This document shows positions 59,601-64,000 of a DNA stretch of 64,000 bases, in pieces (position 1 is the first letter of the stretch; each line of letters begins with the position of its first letter). The DNA is taken from contig NC_091987.1 in assembly GCF_044704955.1 (NCBI RefSeq), forward strand, positions 95,480,001 to 95,544,000, written 5' to 3'. A program made the position numbers and the translations under genes. This DNA is from Pristiophorus japonicus. Its lineage: Eukaryota. Below the pieces are notes generated by a model. That model saw nothing but the letters and a program-made list of their open reading frames with translations, was not told where the DNA came from and did not search any database.

Positions 59601-61199
59601 ACGAGCCAGGACCCCTTACTATCCTTCGTAAAAAAACTGTGTGCTCCACAGGAGTTGGTCTAATGTCCCATTAGAGATGCAGGAAGAAATAAAGCTGTGC
59701 CAGCGGCGAAAAGATGAAATGTCTATACAGGCAGACTGCCTCCTATGGGGTAATCGGGTAGTTGTGCCAAAAAAGGGCAGGGACACTTTCATTCGTGATC
59801 TCCACAGTACCCACCCAGGCATTGTAATGATGAAAGTGATAGCCAGATCCCACGTGTGGTCGCCCGGTATCGATGCAGATTTAGAGTCCTGTGTGCACAA
59901 ATGTAATACATGTTCCCAGTTAAGCAATGCACCCAGGGAGGCACCACTAAACCATGGTCCAGGGTTCATGTCGACTATGCAGGCCCATTCTTGGGAAAAA
60001 TGTTTTTATTGGTTGTAGATACATAATGCAAATGGATTGAATGTGTGATAAAGTCGGCAAGCATGTCCACTGCCACCATTGAAAGCCTACGGGCTATGTT
60101 TGCCATGCACGGCCTGCCTGATGTCCTTGTAAGTGACAATGGGCCGTGCTTTACCAGTGCTGAATTCAAGGAATTCATGACCCGCAATGGGGTCAAGCAT
60201 GTCACATCTGCCCCATTTAAGCCAGCGTCCAATGGTCATGCAGAACGAGCAGTTCAAACAATCAAGCAGAGCTTGAAAAGGGTAACTGAAGGCTCACTGC
60301 AGACTTGCTCATCACGAGTCCTGTTTAGTTACCGCACAAGATCCCACTCACTCACCGGGGTCCCTCCTGCTGAACTGCTCATGAAAAGCGCACAAGACAA
60401 AGCTCTCGTTAGTCCACCCTGATCTACACGAACAGGTAGAGAACAGGCAGCTTCAACAGAATACATATCATGATCGTGCAAATGTGTCACGCGAAATTGA
60501 AGTAAATGATCCTGTATTTGTGTTGAACTATGGACACGGTCCCAAGTGGATTGCTGGCACTGTTTTGGCCAAAGAGGGGAGTAGGGTGTTTGTGGTCAAA
60601 CTCGCAAATGGACTCACCTGCAGAAAACACTTAGACCAAACCAACTTCAGATTTGCAGACTATCCAGAACAACCCACAATAGACTCTATCTTTTTCGATC
60701 CTCCAACACACGCACACGTGGCAACCGATCCAGCGGTTGACCATGAAGCAGAACCCATCACCCGCAGCAGCCCAGCAAGACTCACCATCCCCAGTAGCCC
60801 AGCAAGGCCAGCTGTGCAGCAGCCCATGAAGGCCCAGCAAGGCCAGCTGTGCAGCAGCCCAGCGAAGGCCCAACAAACGATTCACCAACACCAGCATTTG
60901 CACCGAGACAATCAACCAGGGAAAGGAAGGCCCCAGATCGACTCACATTGTAAATAGTTAACTATTAATTTTTGGGGGGCGCGGGGGGAGTGTTGTTATG
61001 TATGTAAACCTGTAATTATCATGTCTAACCACCAGAGGGCTTATCCCCTGGAGTCCAAGGGATCACACAATCCCTTGGGAGCACCTGTATATAAGGAGGC
61101 CTCACAGGTTGGAGAGGCACTCTGAGATCTGCAATAAGGAACTACGGTCACATTTACTTTGAGCTTGCAGTATCTAGTCTGACTATCCAAGACATAACA
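56631..61199 (+). mobile_element. Gypsy LTR retrotransposon (inner), full-length but decayed, inserted in the outer element's gag
   Basis: LTRs 56631-56841 and 60994-61199; TSD GTGAG (56626-56630, 61200-61204); PBS-like tggtgatgag; G-rich PPT 60974-60990; gag-PR-RT-RH-IN fragments. Confidence 0.95.
60766..60870 (+). repeat. Short tandem repeat in the integrase tail of the inner Gypsy
   Basis: gcccagcaaggccagctgtgcagcagccc occurs twice about 35 bp apart, plus partial units. Confidence 0.75.
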
Positions 61200-61524
61200 G
61201 TGAGGAACACCATCCGGTGCCGGTCTGCGTCGCCGACCTCCTCCATTTTGTTGGCCACGAAGAACTGGCTCAAACGGATCACAAAGTCTGCCCAATCTTC
61301 TCCTTCCACAAATCGCTCTAACAATCCAATTGTGCTCATTTTTGCATGCAAAGGTTCTTGTTGCCTCATCGCCAAATGTGTATGCAATAACTGTTAGACT
61401 GAGTACTGTATAACTCCAAGATATATGACCTTTGCTTGGCTTTATTAAGGCCCAAAGTGACTAATATACAAAATGGCTGGCCTTTTATACTTGGGCTGCA
61501 CACACGTGCGTGCATGACACTTGG

Positions 61525-62165
61525 GACATTAAATGGTAGGATACTGAGAAGTGTAGAGGAACAAAGGGACCTTGGAGTGCATGTCCATAGATCCTTGAAA
61601 GTAGCAGGCCAGGTAGATAAGGCGGTTAAGAAGGCATACAGAATGCTTGCCTTTATTAGCCGAGGCATAGAATACAAGAGCAGGGGGTTATGCTTGAACT
61701 GTATAAAACACTGGTTAGGCCACAGCTGGAGTGCCGCATTACAGGAAGGACGTGATTGCAATGGAGAGGGTACAGAGGAGATTTATGAGGATGTTGCTGG
61801 GAGTGGAGAATCTAAGCTATGAGGACAGATTGGATAGGCTGGATTTGTTTTCTATTGAAACGGAGGAGGCTGAGGGGAGATCTCATTGAGGTATACAAAA
61901 TTATGAGGGGCCTAGATATAGTGGATAGAAAAGGCCTATTTCCCTTAGCAGAGGGATCGACAACCTGGGGGCATAAATTTAAAGTAATTGGTAGAAGGAT
62001 TTGAGGGGAAATTTCTTCACGCAGAGAGTTGTGGGGGCCTGGAACTCACTGCCTGAAAGGCTGGTAGAGGCAGAAACCTTCACCACATTTAAAAAGTATT
62101 TGGATGTGCACCTGAAGTGCCGTAACCTGCAGGGTTACGGACCTGGAGCTGGAAAGTGGGATTAG
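61525..62165 (+). mobile_element. CR1 3' fragment
   Basis: EEQRDLGVHVHRSLKVAGQV..RRLRGDLIEVYK; same family as 19095-20625. Confidence 0.88.
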
Positions 62166-62169
62166 GCTC

Positions 62170-64000
62170 AAGTTTTGAGCTCGGCACGATGCTGAGTTCT
62201 TCCGTTGCCTTCACCTCTGTGCCCACATCTTTGGCCAGCAGTCTTCCTACAACCCCCCTCCCCCACCACCCCTTTCTCCCGTCTTCAGAATTCTCATTCT
62301 ACCTGGACCCCAACCTCTAGCCTCTTACCCCCTCTAGATCTTTTCGTTGGGAACTGCTGGCGTGACATCGGCTGACACAATTTCTCTACTCCCCTCACTC
62401 ACTCTAACCTATATCCCTCTGAACTTGTAGCACTCCATTCTCTCAAGTCCAACCCTGGCATTTTCTTTAAACCTGCTGATAAGAACGGCGCTGTTCCTGT
62501 TTGGCGAGCAACCCTCGACCTTGCGGAGGTTGAACAGCAACTCTCCAACACCTCCTCCTACGTCTCCCTGGACCACGAACCCACCACTGAACACCAAGCT
62601 ATCATTTCCCCGACTGACACTGACCTCATCTCCTCTGGAGATCTTCCCCCCCCCCCCCCCACACCCTCCAACCTCATAGTCCCCCAACCCTGCAAAGCCC
62701 CTTCTACCTCCTTCCCAAGATCCACAAACCGGACTACCCTGATAGACCCATCATTTCAGCCTGTTCTTGCCCCATGGAACTTATTTCTTTCTATCTTGAC
62801 TCTATTTTTTTCTCCCTTTCTCCAGTCTCTTCCAGCCTACAGCCGCAACTCTTCCGACGCCCTCCACCACTTATAACAGTTTCCAGTTTCCTGGCCCTAA
62901 TTGTCTCCTTTTCACCATGGACGTCCAGTCCCCCTACATTTCCATCACCCACCAGGATGGCCTGAGAACCCTCCACTTCTTCCTTGAATGGAGAGCCAAT
63001 CACTCCCAATACCACCACCTTCCTCTGCCTGGCTGAACTTGTTCTGACATTGAACAGCTTCTTGTTTGACTCCTCTCACTTCCTCGAAATAAAAGGTGTC
63101 ACGATTGGAACCTGTGAGTCCTGGCTATGCCTGCCTTTTGTGGGATACGTGGAACATTCTTTGTTCCAGTCCTAATCACGTCCCCTCCCTCACCCCTTTG
63201 TCCACTACATTGATGTCTGTATCGGTGCCGTTTCATCTCTCACCCTGAACTGTAAAATTTCATCAACTTTGCTTTAAATTTCCATTCCTCTCTCGTCTTA
63301 ACATGGTCCATCTCCGACTCTTCCCTTCCCTTCCTCAACTTCTCTAGCTCCATTTCTGGGGATAGGCTGACAACCAATATCTACTATAAGCCCACTGACT
63401 CTGACAGCTACCTTGATTATACTTCCTCCTACCATGCTTCCTGTAAGGACTCCATTCCATTCTTCCAGTTTTTTTGTCCCTGTTACATCTGTTCCAACTA
63501 TACCACCTTTCATACCAGTACTTACGAAATATCTTCCTTTTTCCTCAACTGAGGATTCCCCTTCACCTTAGCTGAGAGTGCCGTTGACCGTGTCTGTCCC
63601 ATTTCCTGCACTTCTGCTCTCACCCCTACCCCTCCCTCCCAGAATCATGATAGGGTTTCCCTTGTTTCCACCTTCCACCCCACCAGCTTCTACATTCAAC
63701 GGATCATCCTCTTCCATTTCCGCTACCTTTAGCGCAATGCGACAACCAAACACATCGTCCCCTCCCTTCCCCTTTTAGTATTCCAAAGAGACTGTACCTC
63801 TGCGACACCCTGGTCCATTTGTTCCAACACCCGCTTCACTTCCCACAGCACTTTCTATGTAATCGAGTTCAACAATTTCAGATCATAACATTTTTTTGGA
63901 CAGCGGGTGCTGGTAATGATTCTGCTGTTGCCATTTACAACTCATTTAGACCCATTTTTTCTTTCATTACCACCCCCTTTTGCTGTACCATCGTCCCTTT
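62170..64000 (+). mobile_element. Degraded Penelope-like retroelement RT region
   Basis: Frame fragments KPADKNGAV, FYLLPKIHK..RPIISACSCP, LLFTMDVQS, LAELVLTLNSF, YYKPTDSDSYLDY..SCKDSIPF. Confidence 0.8.

Larger units (their letters stand above)
52458..61519 (-). mobile_element. Gypsy LTR retrotransposon (outer), decayed gag-pol
   Basis: LTRs 52458-52662 and 61377-61519; TSD CTTGG (52453-52457, 61520-61524); PBS TGGCGATGAGG; PPT next to 52663; gag, protease (LDTGA), RT (FQDD), RNase H (CDASS), integrase (HPG..HQC, SDNG). Confidence 0.93.

Noticed and set aside
60766-60870. CRISPR-like repeat array
   Set aside because: Eukaryotic context; simple tandem duplication without unique spacers

Overview
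Vertebrate genomic DNA, most likely cartilaginous fish (inferred from SacSINE1/Deu-type SINEs, dense CR1/L2/RTE LINEs and Penelope remnants). The only host gene I can support is CPOX (coproporphyrinogen III oxidase) on the minus strand: 7 GT-AG exons from 51544 to 18082, 1383 nt, 460 aa, with a CpG-island promoter carrying GC, CCAAT and ZNF143-type motifs. Most of the rest is nested, decayed transposable-element sequence. Notable structures: (1) a TIR/TSD-bounded PIF/Harbinger-type element (10393-14652) carrying only a 3-exon Myb/SANT pseudogene, with repeated subterminal motifs; (2) a Gypsy element inserted antisense into the gag of a related Gypsy just upstream of the CPOX promoter, both with TSDs; (3) CTCF-like motifs in all three LTR families; (4) a Tx1/L1-clade LINE with a twin-priming 5' inversion; (5) Penelope-type minimal hammerhead-like motifs next to the promoter. 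I found no convincing novel host protein-coding system. Repeat boundaries without TSDs are approximate and family names come from motif recognition, not database searches.
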